Below are positions 37,315-47,892 of a DNA stretch of 64,000 nt, one piece after another (the stretch's first letter is position 1; each line of letters starts with the position of its first letter). This DNA is from a virus (taxonomy: Duplodnaviria > Caudoviricetes). The translations under genes were made by a program, and so were the position numbers. The stretch is from the IMG/VR virus record IMGVR_UViG_3300028887_000083, positions 1 to 64,000 of that record. One strand, given 5' to 3'. The notes under the pieces were generated by a model, which was not told where the DNA came from, searched no databases, and saw only the letters and a program-made list of their open reading frames with translations.

Positions 37315-40300
37315 ATGCCTGTTAACGAAAACGAAACACAAACCCCCGATAGAAAAAACAACCGAATTGTTTATGTTGAACCCAATGATTTTGAGGGTAG
37401 AATAAACAATGTACCTGTTACTCCTGACTATACAGATTATTGTATATTCTTCGACTTGATTGCCGAGGTTACTTCCCGTATGACTTATAACCAAGTGGAG
37501 GTAGTTGAAAAAAACAGTTCCACCAAGAGAACATATATATTTTCATGGATGACACGCAAGACGGTGGAAAATGCGGAGGGTGAAAAACCGACAAATTGGG
37601 TTTCATTCATGCACGGCGATGATGCGAATGAATACAAAAATAGGATAAAGCAGAACTATTTGACAACATACTACACAGACATCCACCTTAATGAAATAAG
37701 AAAGAGAAACATATATGAGGGATTGGGTGTTGAAAGTGTCAATATAACATATGAAAGCTACTATACCCCCACAGTCAAGATACGTTTTATCGACGTGAGA
37801 GGTTCTTCTTTATTCGGGCGCGAGGAAATTCTCCATAAAGATGATGAACTATTACCAGGTGATTCAATATGGGGAGGTTTCTTTACCTATCCGTATCCCA
37901 AGTACAAACTGATGTTCAAGGGGTTTTACGGTAAGGAAGTGACATTACACCTAACATTGTTGGATTGGAGGGCAAATTTCAATTCAAGTACAGGTAATTT
38001 CGAGATAGATGCAACGTTTATAGGTTATGATTTCGGTTTGATAGCCGATATACCGATGGCATATCTAATAGCGGCACCTAAATGTCGCTATGGTAGCAGT
38101 GGCAAGGTTTATTGGGAGAAACATAAAAACGATGTTGCATGGCAGCTGTCAACCAAAAGTGGGACAATGCCCCCAAAGACACTACAAGAGATTGCGGATA
38201 AGATAAGGGAGGCTGTACAGGTAAACGAACAGCAAGCAAACACTGAGACAACAGGACAGTCTTCTAACGGTGGTTCATCGACGTTGACTGAAACATTGAA
38301 TGATTCGGCGAAGGAAGAAGCGCTGAAAAGTTTAAAACAAGAGTTTGATTATTATGCGGCTGAATGGATTAATACTAAAAAATATACATGGTTACACAAA
38401 GTTAACGGTAAAGCAGTATCACAAATTTCTTTCACCAAACGTGAAAGTGGAAATGGATTCTGGTATAAGGATGATAATGCAATGTTTCCTACAGTAAAGG
38501 ATTGGCAGGTATATGGTGATGATGTGGTAAATCAGGCTTATAAGAATTATGTTTCAAGTGATTTTTTCAAGTATTATGCACGTACCGATTGGAAGTATAA
38601 TGTAAAGGAACATGATGTAATTAAGAGAAATAAACGTGTGTTGAAAGAGAAAATAGAAGCATACAAAACTTTATGCCCGAGTAGTGAACTGTTTAATGAT
38701 GGTGCTTGTCAAGATTTTGTTAAAAAAGTTACTGAAAATAAAGAAACTGAGTACAAAGCATATGATAATGAGATTGAAAGGTTTTGGGAATTTTTGCAGA
38801 AAGAGGTTGTTTCAACAACAACATCGGTTTCGACCACGAGTGGGGCAACTTCTTCGGGTACCACCACCTCTTCAACCACACCAACCGTACCCGATAAACA
38901 GAACATTGTTGACATTGCAGGGTTTTATCCTGTTATAGGCGACGTATTCAAACTTGTGTATTGTCACCTTGAAACCTTTATGGACATGATGTATACCTGT
39001 TGCGAAACTATACACAATCAGTTGAAGGATGGTGACAGGACTATCAAGAAACTTGGGTTGAAGTCAAATGATGAGATTAATGTTGTATTTTCATCAAACA
39101 TGGGTGAGAATGAAAAGAATGCAGGTGTTCCGCCGTTTCCGATGGTAATTGTCCGTGAAAAGGATAAGAAAAACAATGGGGCAAACGAAGGTGAGGCTGA
39201 TGTTGTTGAAACATTGGAATGGGTTGGAAATATCAAGGGGAAAACGGTTGATTGGGAGGAACAGAAACTTGTGGAAGCGTTAGTGATGGCGGTTGAGTCA
39301 TGGCTTGGAAGTCAAACATCCATACCGGCCGAATCAAGCGAACCTTACAAATTCTCAATATTACCGTGTGACCTCAATGACCCGAGCATATCCCCTGTGG
39401 CACTTGATGCAACAAACGGCGTGGGTAGTCTTGCGGGGTACTTAGGTTATCGTGTAGCATCTATATTCGGTATAAGTGAATATCCTGAGAAATACGCTGA
39501 AAATATCGGTAAACTTGAAGCGTTGTCATATTTTGACGGTTGTGGAAGCAAGGCGGCCATGGATTTAAGATTCTTTGACCAAATAGGAAATGAAAATGTA
39601 GCCGACAAACTGTATGATATGGCTTTATGTAAAGATGATAATTCACGTTACGACTTTGAAACGGTGAACAATCTTAAACTGTTCAAGAAAACACCACAGA
39701 TTAAAAGACACCCTGTGTTAAAGGAAAGTGGGGAAACGCTACAGTTTGGGCATGTTGATACTGATGATGATACCTCATTAATCAGAAGCCGTCTTGATAA
39801 TTGGGATGTCAAGAAATATTTTGACTTTAAGGGTGCCGATAGCAACAGTTATTTCAAACTGACAAAAAACTCGGATGCAAATTTTCTTTACAAGATACCT
39901 ACAACAGGAATTGTAAAGATGATAGGTGACAGTTCGATAACAAACGAAAATTATGTAAACAAGGAGATGTTTAACGTTTGTTATGGCGGCATGTATGGTA
40001 ACGGCGGTGACTATTATACCAAATTTGTTGAAGTGTATAATACACTTACAAAAGGTGAGTTTGCCTTGCATGGATATAAAGGCAATGTTGATGTCTCCGA
40101 CCTGATTAATTCAAAATGGAAGATAAAGCAGGATAACATTTTTACAAAAACCTCACAAACTTTTATTCAGCCGTCATATAAAGAGTGCGGAGTAGAGGAA
40201 AAATCTCTTTTCAACAATGATGGGATGATTTTGAAGGCTAATATGTTAACATTGGCAGATTTGAATGAAAAGTTGAATTCTAAGATACCGAGTTATGATA

Positions 40301-43068
40301 ATGAAAAGATGTCATATGACTCCAATGATGTTTTTGTTCATCAAACTAACATTATCATAGATGAGGGTGTAAAGAACACGTACAACGTTTTCGGTACACC
40401 TGTTTACTATGCACAGAACAATGAAAAGGATGAGACAGTTCGTGAAGCATCAAAAGCATTGATATTTCTCTTGTCAGTAATGAGAGGTTATGGTGAAGCG
40501 GCTTCCAATGTTATAAAACATGTTTTAACCAACAAGGATTCGTATATAGAGGGTATTCCTTGTGGAATAATGCTTTTCATAGGGGCACTTCTATACAGGG
40601 ATAGGTATATCAGTGAGAATAAGAAGGATTTGCTTAAAATTCCTGACAAATATAATGCGTTAGGATTAGACAATATTCCATGGTTAGATAGGTGGTATTA
40701 TGGTTTTGTGACAAAGGGGTGTAATACACCTTACAAGAAGACAAGTGAACTTATAGGAAGCGATATAATTGATGTTAATGTTAAAAATACATTTATTGAC
40801 CGTTTCTTAAGTTTTGTTGGTGGTGATTGGAAGACAATAAGCGAATCTTGTGAGTTGAAGGAAGTAGGTGGCAATCTTTTAACAAATGAAAATATTGATG
40901 AAAGAAATAAGAATTGTACCGATACCATTTTTTATACCGAAGGTGAAGATATGTATTCAGTGAAAGGCGTTTTTGATAATTTCAAGGAAAAGTATTCATA
41001 CATCAAAAAAGCGCCTAGCGGATTCCATTTGTATCTTTCTGAAACCAATCCTGCACAGACAGTACTCAAAAGTGTGTTCGTGAATTATGTGGTTATTGCA
41101 AACACAGGTGCAAACCTTTCAACTACAAAGAAGACTGTTGGGGTTTCAAAGAGTGTATTCAAATCATATCTTAACGGGTTTGTTAATCAGCTGCAGGATA
41201 TAAAGAATGCCGAAGTCACTTCTACCGATACAAAGGAGACCGATAACAGTTCAGATAACAAGGAGGGTGACATTGATATTAAACTTGAAACCTACAACAA
41301 TCTCCGTAACATTTGGGAGAGATGGTTGGTAAGCAATCCACGCCCGTCACAGGGATGGGGAAAGAAGGAACCGCCGATTTCTAACGATTCTTCTATCAAG
41401 GGTATGTACGATGCTTACAAGAAAACAGTGGATGTAGATGTACAGAATACAAACGAGAATATGGACTTCTCTGTAAGGCATTTCATGAACAACACGTTCT
41501 TCCTTGATTCAATGTTCAGGAATGTATATAAGAATTTGCATATAAACTGCGAAATATTGTTGCAGGCCATTGATAACTCAACAGAAAAGATGGTGTTTCA
41601 GTTTTTGGCTGATATAGCAAACAATCACCGCTGTCACTTCTTTGCTTTTCCCGACTATTTGGGATTCGGCGGACAACATAGCGACAGTGACAGAATGTAC
41701 GATGCAATGCAGACCATTTTTGAACCGAAACCATTTTCGAAAATTGGTAATTTTGATTCAATGAACAAATTGTTTGTGATGTATACATACAATCCTTCTG
41801 AAGTAATGGCAAATCAAAACAGTTATAAAAATGACAGTTTCGATTTGTATAGTAATGGGGATGACAATCGAATAATGGATACATTCAAGAGAGATACCAT
41901 AGGAACTACAGCATCACAGAGACGGGAAGGTGAGACGGACGAGGAATATGAAGATAGAGTAAGGATGACAAGGTATGGATACCATATACCTTCGTTCGGT
42001 ATTACATTTGGTAGGCAAAATAACCATATATTCAAGAATGTCAGCCCTAGTATGAGTAACCCGATACAGACCGAACAATCAATTAAAGCAATGTCTGCAA
42101 TAGCGCAGAAGGGAAAGGGCGGTGCAGGACACTCAGTTGTATTTCATGGACAGGATTTGTGGAATATATATTCGGGCTATTCATATAATTGCAAGGTGGA
42201 TATGATGGGCAATGCACAGATTATGCCACTTATGTATTTCCAAATGCTTAACATTCCGATGTTCAGGGGCGCGTATATGGTTTTCAAGGTGACACATTCC
42301 ATGCGCCCTGGTGACATGACAACGTCAATAGAGGGTATGAAGATGTCAAGATATACACTGCCGTGGTGTGAGGAATGGTTCACTGATGTCTATTTCGACA
42401 AGGATGGAAATATCATTTCGAAGGAGGAATATTATAATTTACAGAATTGTGGGGAAGATGATTTAGATGTTGGCACACAATATTTTGCAGCAAAGAAAAG
42501 TGAAAAGGCATTGGAAATTAATGATGGTAAACCGTTAGGGAGTACAAAGAAGGATTATACAGAAACCGAAGCTTATAGTAAAACGGTAATTGCAGTTGTA
42601 CATGTCAGAACGGGAAAGGATAAAGAAGCGTATGCATTGTTAAGGGTACATAAAAAAGTTGCAAATACAGTTGTTAAAATTTTTAATGAAATATATACAA
42701 AATGTCCTGATTTTTATTTCTCTATAGATAGAGCGGAAACAAAACAATATAACGAAGCAAAGGTTTTGTCTGATGCGGAAAGCGAAAAAATTGGAAAGAT
42801 ACAAACAGGTACGTTTTATGCTTATAGTTACAGAAATGTATCAGGTAAAGGGTGTTTATCCAATCATGCGTATGGAGTTGCAATCGATATTAATCCTGCA
42901 AACAATCCATATACAAAAAACACTTCAGAATTATCGAAGTCATATAATAAAAACAAGTCTGTGAGAAAAACAAGTGACGATGTAGTAAAGATATTTTATG
43001 ATAACGGATGGGGATGGGGTGGAACTTATTATGACTTTATGCATTTCAGTTACTTCAATGGTGCTTAA
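37315..43068 (+). CDS. Giant baseplate hub protein with C-terminal M15 peptidoglycan peptidase
   Basis: VKIRFIDVRG..LF, FKGFYGK, YNCKVDMMGNAQIMPLMYF hub-like motifs; C-terminal SNHAYGVAIDIN...WGG...DFMHFS (M15). Confidence 0.85.
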   Translation: MPVNENETQTPDRKNNRIVYVEPNDFEGRINNVPVTPDYTDYCIFFDLIAEVTSRMTYNQVEVVEKNSSTKRTYIFSWMTRKTVENAEGEKPTNWVSFMHGDDANEYKNRIKQNYLTTYYTDIHLNEIRKRNIYEGLGVESVNITYESYYTPTVKIRFIDVRGSSLFGREEILHKDDELLPGDSIWGGFFTYPYPKYKLMFKGFYGKEVTLHLTLLDWRANFNSSTGNFEIDATFIGYDFGLIADIPMAYLIAAPKCRYGSSGKVYWEKHKNDVAWQLSTKSGTMPPKTLQEIADKIREAVQVNEQQANTETTGQSSNGGSSTLTETLNDSAKEEALKSLKQEFDYYAAEWINTKKYTWLHKVNGKAVSQISFTKRESGNGFWYKDDNAMFPTVKDWQVYGDDVVNQAYKNYVSSDFFKYYARTDWKYNVKEHDVIKRNKRVLKEKIEAYKTLCPSSELFNDGACQDFVKKVTENKETEYKAYDNEIERFWEFLQKEVVSTTTSVSTTSGATSSGTTTSSTTPTVPDKQNIVDIAGFYPVIGDVFKLVYCHLETFMDMMYTCCETIHNQLKDGDRTIKKLGLKSNDEINVVFSSNMGENEKNAGVPPFPMVIVREKDKKNNGANEGEADVVETLEWVGNIKGKTVDWEEQKLVEALVMAVESWLGSQTSIPAESSEPYKFSILPCDLNDPSISPVALDATNGVGSLAGYLGYRVASIFGISEYPEKYAENIGKLEALSYFDGCGSKAAMDLRFFDQIGNENVADKLYDMALCKDDNSRYDFETVNNLKLFKKTPQIKRHPVLKESGETLQFGHVDTDDDTSLIRSRLDNWDVKKYFDFKGADSNSYFKLTKNSDANFLYKIPTTGIVKMIGDSSITNENYVNKEMFNVCYGGMYGNGGDYYTKFVEVYNTLTKGEFALHGYKGNVDVSDLINSKWKIKQDNIFTKTSQTFIQPSYKECGVEEKSLFNNDGMILKANMLTLADLNEKLNSKIPSYDNEKMSYDSNDVFVHQTNIIIDEGVKNTYNVFGTPVYYAQNNEKDETVREASKALIFLLSVMRGYGEAASNVIKHVLTNKDSYIEGIPCGIMLFIGALLYRDRYISENKKDLLKIPDKYNALGLDNIPWLDRWYYGFVTKGCNTPYKKTSELIGSDIIDVNVKNTFIDRFLSFVGGDWKTISESCELKEVGGNLLTNENIDERNKNCTDTIFYTEGEDMYSVKGVFDNFKEKYSYIKKAPSGFHLYLSETNPAQTVLKSVFVNYVVIANTGANLSTTKKTVGVSKSVFKSYLNGFVNQLQDIKNAEVTSTDTKETDNSSDNKEGDIDIKLETYNNLRNIWERWLVSNPRPSQGWGKKEPPISNDSSIKGMYDAYKKTVDVDVQNTNENMDFSVRHFMNNTFFLDSMFRNVYKNLHINCEILLQAIDNSTEKMVFQFLADIANNHRCHFFAFPDYLGFGGQHSDSDRMYDAMQTIFEPKPFSKIGNFDSMNKLFVMYTYNPSEVMANQNSYKNDSFDLYSNGDDNRIMDTFKRDTIGTTASQRREGETDEEYEDRVRMTRYGYHIPSFGITFGRQNNHIFKNVSPSMSNPIQTEQSIKAMSAIAQKGKGGAGHSVVFHGQDLWNIYSGYSYNCKVDMMGNAQIMPLMYFQMLNIPMFRGAYMVFKVTHSMRPGDMTTSIEGMKMSRYTLPWCEEWFTDVYFDKDGNIISKEEYYNLQNCGEDDLDVGTQYFAAKKSEKALEINDGKPLGSTKKDYTETEAYSKTVIAVVHVRTGKDKEAYALLRVHKKVANTVVKIFNEIYTKCPDFYFSIDRAETKQYNEAKVLSDAESEKIGKIQTGTFYAYSYRNVSGKGCLSNHAYGVAIDINPANNPYTKNTSELSKSYNKNKSVRKTSDDVVKIFYDNGWGWGGTYYDFMHFSYFNGA

Positions 43069-43091
43069 TAAATTATAAAAAATAAATAATT

Positions 43092-43631
43092 ATGGCTTGT
43101 GGTTCAGCGTCAGAGAACTCATCATGTGTAGGAACAAAGACAATACAACTAACCGATGAGGAAAAAAAGAACAATAGAATGATTCTTCTGAAGGTTCTAT
43201 TGGATAACGGATTCAGTTGTGTCGCCGCTTCAGGGGTAGTGGGTAACATAATGGGTGAGTCAGGTGGCAATCCAACTGCATACAACTCTTGTGATGGAGT
43301 AGAATGTACACCGAGTGTGGGTATATGCCAATGGCATGGCTCAAGATACACACGACTGAATGATTTTGCCAATAAACAAGGTAAGCCGTGGAATGACATG
43401 GAACTACAGGCACAGTTTATGATATGGGAATTCAATAATACACATAAAGAGGCCGCAAAGAAGATAAAGGAACAAACCACTCCTGAAGATGCTGCTATTG
43501 CATGCTGCATTTTTTACGAAGTTGCGGCTCATTGTCACAACCCTTGGAAGACGAACGGAAAATGGGATTGTTCTAAAAACAGAAAACAAGCAGCACAAGA
43601 AATGTATCAAAAATGCACAAATCAACAATAA
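43092..43631 (+). CDS. Phage tail lysozyme (Phage_lysozyme2-like)
   Basis: AASGVVGNIMGESGGNP...GICQW...R...Q..F...E. Confidence 0.85.
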   Translation: MACGSASENSSCVGTKTIQLTDEEKKNNRMILLKVLLDNGFSCVAASGVVGNIMGESGGNPTAYNSCDGVECTPSVGICQWHGSRYTRLNDFANKQGKPWNDMELQAQFMIWEFNNTHKEAAKKIKEQTTPEDAAIACCIFYEVAAHCHNPWKTNGKWDCSKNRKQAAQEMYQKCTNQQ

Positions 43632-43668
43632 ATTAGTATATTTACATCAGCACTGATGTAAGACACGA

Positions 43669-44289
43669 ATGAAAAAATATTTGGGAAACATAGTAACCGC
43701 ATACAAAAGGGAGAAGTTTTCTCCTTTTTTTAATGTGGTGAAGGACATGCAGGAAATTATAGACGGATTACCCACATTGGTAATCGGCTTGGAAAACGCA
43801 AGGAACGAGATAGACGGGTTCACGATACTGAACAAACACTACAATGACAATATGTTGTGGTGGACATACAAGAAGACGGAGCGCAAGTATGAGTTTGACG
43901 AGGATATAGTTTCATTTTATGATTTCTGCACAAACACGTTTCTTGAAAAATACAGGTATGTTTATATTGACATTCCCAGATTCAGGTACAACAGACTGAA
44001 AAAATTAATCAATTATATCAATTCGCCGATTGACAAATTATGTTTCCAGACAAGAGACAATAATTTTCTATTTATCTACGACACTTTATCCAATAATGTG
44101 TTTGGACTTTCCTTGACATTGCTTGAGTATATCGGAATAGAGAAGGGTAAGGTCATAAAGAGGGTCAAGGCGAACCGTATGAACAGGTTTGTATACGACA
44201 CGTCGTTTATCGACCAAAGACTGAGGGGTGTGATAGGTGCCAATACACACTATATTCTTCCGTTGGCGGAAGTTTTTCTGAGTGTTTGA
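43669..44289 (+). CDS. Hypothetical protein
   Basis: 206 aa ORF preceded by TAGTATATTTA. Confidence 0.7.
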   Translation: MKKYLGNIVTAYKREKFSPFFNVVKDMQEIIDGLPTLVIGLENARNEIDGFTILNKHYNDNMLWWTYKKTERKYEFDEDIVSFYDFCTNTFLEKYRYVYIDIPRFRYNRLKKLINYINSPIDKLCFQTRDNNFLFIYDTLSNNVFGLSLTLLEYIGIEKGKVIKRVKANRMNRFVYDTSFIDQRLRGVIGANTHYILPLAEVFLSV

Positions 44290-44317
44290 TATTTATATAT
44301 AATAAAAGTATACTATT

Positions 44318-44644
44318 ATGTTTAAAGTGAGAAACAAGAAAACCTATGCAAAACATGTAAGGAGGAGACCCGAGAACATTGTTAAGCCGACAATTAAGAC
44401 AAATGTGAGTGTAAAGGTTGAGAAGAAAGACACCAAGTTGGTTGACGTGTTGTTGGAGAAAAAACAGATACTTCCCAAAGAGGAGAAGAAGGTGGAGGAA
44501 GTAATGGCGGTTGTAATGGAAGAACCTGCAACCACCATTGAAGAGGTTGTGGAGGAAGAAAACAACGGTGAGGAAACTCAAAAGCCCGCCGTCAAGAGGA
44601 AAACCAGAAAACCAAAAACAGAAAATAACGAAACAAAAGAATAA
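44318..44644 (+). CDS. Highly charged hypothetical protein
   Basis: Lys/Glu-rich 108 aa ORF after GATATTTATA. Confidence 0.65.
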   Translation: MFKVRNKKTYAKHVRRRPENIVKPTIKTNVSVKVEKKDTKLVDVLLEKKQILPKEEKKVEEVMAVVMEEPATTIEEVVEEENNGEETQKPAVKRKTRKPKTENNETKE

Positions 44645-44648
44645 CATT

Positions 44649-44807
44649 ATGGATAAGAAACTTAAAGAAATGGAAAACATGCTTGGTATAGAGAATACCG
44701 AGGAAACCAACGTTAAGGTTGAGAGAAAAGAGAAGGGCCTTTATGAGAGAACCACAAAGAAACCCGTTCTTATAACCGAGGATAACAAAGTAATGCTTAC
44801 CGACTAA
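44649..44807 (+). CDS. Small hypothetical protein
   Basis: MDKKLKEMENML...VLITEDNKVMLTD from ATG 44649. Confidence 0.6.
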   Translation: MDKKLKEMENMLGIENTEETNVKVERKEKGLYERTTKKPVLITEDNKVMLTD

Positions 44808-44837
44808 AAATAATTAAACAATGGGTACAGATTAAAA

Positions 44838-45665
44838 ATGGATTATAAATTCATAAAAGAGAATCATCTTGAAGAGTCTGTGAACAGACTTCGTAAGATA
44901 AACGAATATGTTGTTAATCCCTATACAAGGGAAGTTGATGACCCCAATCAAGGTCAGCAATCCCCAATGGATGGTGGTGCTTCTGATATGAACCAAGGTG
45001 GTATGCCGCCTCAGGGTGATGGACAGGCACCTGATATGGGACAGCAACCTCCAATGGACGGTGGACAAAGTGGTGACATGGGTCAAGGACAACAGCCCCC
45101 AATGGATGGACAGGCTCCTGATATGGGTGGTGATGCAATGCCACCTCAAGGCGGTGAGGATATTCCCGTAGGAACAGAAGTTCCTGACAATGGTGAAGGT
45201 GAAACCCCTGAAGGTGACGAGACAGTTGGTGAAGACGATGAGGTTATTGATGTTGATGAACTCACCAATTCGCAGGAAGCCGCTGAATACAAAATTGACG
45301 GTGTAGATGATAAACTTTCCAAACTCATGGGAATGGTTTCAAAATTTGAACAGGCAATTGAGGCAAGTGACGCAAAGATAGAAGACCTCAAGGCTGAGTT
45401 CGAGAAAAGAAACCCGACCAATGCGGAACGTATCAATATCCGTTCAATGAACAGTAAACCCTTTAATGTCAACCCGACAGAGTATTGGGATGAACAGAGA
45501 GAGAAAAATCCCAACTACGATGTGATTTCCGACAACAGTGTTTCTCCAGACAAGGAGGACAAACTCTATAAAATAACTGATGCCGATTTGGGTGATTTCA
45601 CCTCAGGTGACTTGGAGAGGAGTTTCAATAATTTCCCGAAAGACCTGAAGGATTACTTCAACTAA
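44838..45665 (+). CDS. Acidic low-complexity protein (scaffold-like)
   Basis: Repeats of QQPPMDG..(P)DMG, then a coiled coil. Confidence 0.7.
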   Translation: MDYKFIKENHLEESVNRLRKINEYVVNPYTREVDDPNQGQQSPMDGGASDMNQGGMPPQGDGQAPDMGQQPPMDGGQSGDMGQGQQPPMDGQAPDMGGDAMPPQGGEDIPVGTEVPDNGEGETPEGDETVGEDDEVIDVDELTNSQEAAEYKIDGVDDKLSKLMGMVSKFEQAIEASDAKIEDLKAEFEKRNPTNAERINIRSMNSKPFNVNPTEYWDEQREKNPNYDVISDNSVSPDKEDKLYKITDADLGDFTSGDLERSFNNFPKDLKDYFN

Positions 45666-45685
45666 TCGAGTCACAATATATAATA

Positions 45686-45718
45686 AAAAGCGAACCCTAA
45701 AAAGTTCGCTTTTTTTTC
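45686..45718 (+). terminator. Rho-independent terminator
   Basis: AAAAAGCGAAC..GTTCGCTTTTTTT. Confidence 0.8.
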
Positions 45719-45819
45719 GCGTTTTTTAACAAAAAAATAGTACATTTGTTTTGGATGAAAAATGGTTTGTGAGATATTTATTATATATACGATGCAAATA
45801 ATAAAAAAACTTTAATAAT

Positions 45820-46848
45820 ATGTCAGATTACAATGAAAACACTCCTTTCAACGAGGAGGAAAAAGAAAGAAGAAATGAAAATGCAGGTAAGAAAAAATTT
45901 GACCCGAAGAATTACCTTAACGTAAAGTTGGAAGAAAACGAAGACAAGAGGGAAGTCAGGATAAGAATTATCCCCGCCCAAGCAGGTTCCAACAAAATTT
46001 CCACAGACATTCACATTCACAGCCTTAAGGTTGACCCGCAGATTGCAAAAAGCGGTTTCAAGACCTTTACTTGTTTGAATGACAAACATCTTGAAGGTCA
46101 GCACGGTTGCCCGTTCTGTGAGATGTTCGATGAATATGCTGAGGAAGCGAAGAAACTCAAGGACAAAGACGGAAACATCGCAAACAAGGAGGAATGGAAG
46201 ACCCTTTGGAAACAGGCGTTCAAGTACCAACCCAAAATTGCTCACATCATCAGGGTTATCGACAGAGACCATGAGGATGAGGGTGTCAAGTTTTGGCGTT
46301 TTAACGAGTGGGACAACGGCAAGGGTAGTTATGACGAACTCAAGCGTATCTACAAGCAGTATAACGAAAACGCTGCGATAGAGAAATACGAGAATGAGTT
46401 CAAGAAGACCCCTTCCAAGGAAGAACTCGAGAACTATATGAAGACCGAGGACGGCAAACTTATCAGTTTCTATGACGTGTTTAATCTCAAAGACGGTCAC
46501 GACATTATACTTACCCTTACAAAGGGCGAGAACACAAAAGACAGGACTGAAGTTTCAATCGCAGCCGACCTGAGGGCAAAACCGTTGTCCTTAGACGAGG
46601 AACAGGTTGAAAAATGGATAAACGACGAAAAGACATGGCAGGATGCCTATGCTGTCAAGAATTACGATTACCTTAAAGTTGTTCTTGAAGGTGGCATACC
46701 TGTATTCGACAGAACTTTAGGTAAATATGTGTCGAGGGAAGAAAAGGAAAACAATGACAAGCAGGCGGAAGCCGAGGCTGTCAATGAAATCAACAAGGCT
46801 ATCAAGGATTCCGTGGAATCAGAACCTACCGATGACCTTCCTTTCTAA
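45820..46848 (+). CDS. Single-stranded DNA-binding protein (T4 gp32-like)
   Basis: IRIIP, H...C...CPFC zinc site, VIDRDHEDEGVKFWRF, acidic C-terminal DDLPF. Confidence 0.85.
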   Translation: MSDYNENTPFNEEEKERRNENAGKKKFDPKNYLNVKLEENEDKREVRIRIIPAQAGSNKISTDIHIHSLKVDPQIAKSGFKTFTCLNDKHLEGQHGCPFCEMFDEYAEEAKKLKDKDGNIANKEEWKTLWKQAFKYQPKIAHIIRVIDRDHEDEGVKFWRFNEWDNGKGSYDELKRIYKQYNENAAIEKYENEFKKTPSKEELENYMKTEDGKLISFYDVFNLKDGHDIILTLTKGENTKDRTEVSIAADLRAKPLSLDEEQVEKWINDEKTWQDAYAVKNYDYLKVVLEGGIPVFDRTLGKYVSREEKENNDKQAEAEAVNEINKAIKDSVESEPTDDLPF

Positions 46849-46904
46849 CAAACTCACGGGGAGAGTGAATAAACTCTCCCATTATTTACTTAAAGTTAAA
46901 AAAA

Positions 46905-47516
46905 ATGAGCAAATTATATTTTGAATATAGCCCGATGAATAGTGGCAAAACCGCTACATTGCTGATGAAGGCTTATTCCTTTGACAAGAATGGGCTTGCT
47001 GTGATGTGCATGAAGCCTGAAATCGACACACGTGACGGTTATGGTATGATAAAGAGCAGGGTTGGCATTGAACGTAAGTGTTATGTCATTGGTAAGGATG
47101 TAACCGACCTGTATCCCTTAGTTCAACAGTACGCTGCGGACAACAACAATCAGTTACCGTCATGGATATTGATTGACGAAGCGCAGTTTTTGACTGAACA
47201 GCAGGTTGATTGGTTTGCGTGGTATGTTGACAATATGGATGTGAATGTCATATGCTATGGTCTGAGAACCGACTTTCAAGGAAAACTGTTTGAAGGCAGT
47301 AAAAGGCTGTTTGAAATGGCGGATTCGATAAACGAACTGAAACTAACCTGCAGTTGTGGGCGTAAAGCCATTATAAACGCAAGGGTTGATGAAATGGGGC
47401 GTGTTGTAACTGAAGGTGAACAGGTTGAGATAGGCGGTAATGAGAGATATGTCTCAATGTGCCGCAAATGCTATAATAAGTACAAAAAAGACAATTGCGA
47501 TGTACGAGAAAGATAA
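46905..47516 (+). CDS. tdk: Thymidine kinase
   Basis: PMNSGKT, IDEAQFL, YGLRTDF, C.CG, Y.S.CRKCY. Confidence 0.97.
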   Translation: MSKLYFEYSPMNSGKTATLLMKAYSFDKNGLAVMCMKPEIDTRDGYGMIKSRVGIERKCYVIGKDVTDLYPLVQQYAADNNNQLPSWILIDEAQFLTEQQVDWFAWYVDNMDVNVICYGLRTDFQGKLFEGSKRLFEMADSINELKLTCSCGRKAIINARVDEMGRVVTEGEQVEIGGNERYVSMCRKCYNKYKKDNCDVRER

Positions 47517-47820
47517 ACTCCACGTGGTCTTCTACATTGATGTAAGCGGTATCAGTGACTTTGATGTACCCGCCTACGTCAGTGAGATTGCAAATACATT
47601 CAAAAGCGCTGACAACAGTGTGGTCAAGTATTTTATACCGACAACAAGCGGTGAAACGAGGATTGAGGTGTTGCCCACATTCAAGCAGTTTATTCCACAG
47701 GAAGACCTTGACGATATATTGACTGAGGAACTGACACCGCATTTCGATGAGATAAAGAAACGTGTGTTGGAACGTCTGTACGCCAAGGATGAAAAGAAAC
47801 TTGACAGTAACTGTATATAA
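47500..47820 (+). CDS. Hypothetical protein
   Basis: ATG 47500 overlaps the tdk end; VVFYIDV...YFIP...TRIEV. Confidence 0.65.
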   Translation: MYEKDKLHVVFYIDVSGISDFDVPAYVSEIANTFKSADNSVVKYFIPTTSGETRIEVLPTFKQFIPQEDLDDILTEELTPHFDEIKKRVLERLYAKDEKKLDSNCI

Positions 47821-47892
47821 TAAAGAAACACTTGACGTGATTAACACAACAATTTCAAATATGTAAATATAAAGTTATAAAACTGTAAACTT

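Noticed and set aside
44935-45150. CRISPR-like array
   Set aside because: The repeats are in-frame, degenerate coding repeats without unique spacers; no CRISPR array or cas gene seen in the window
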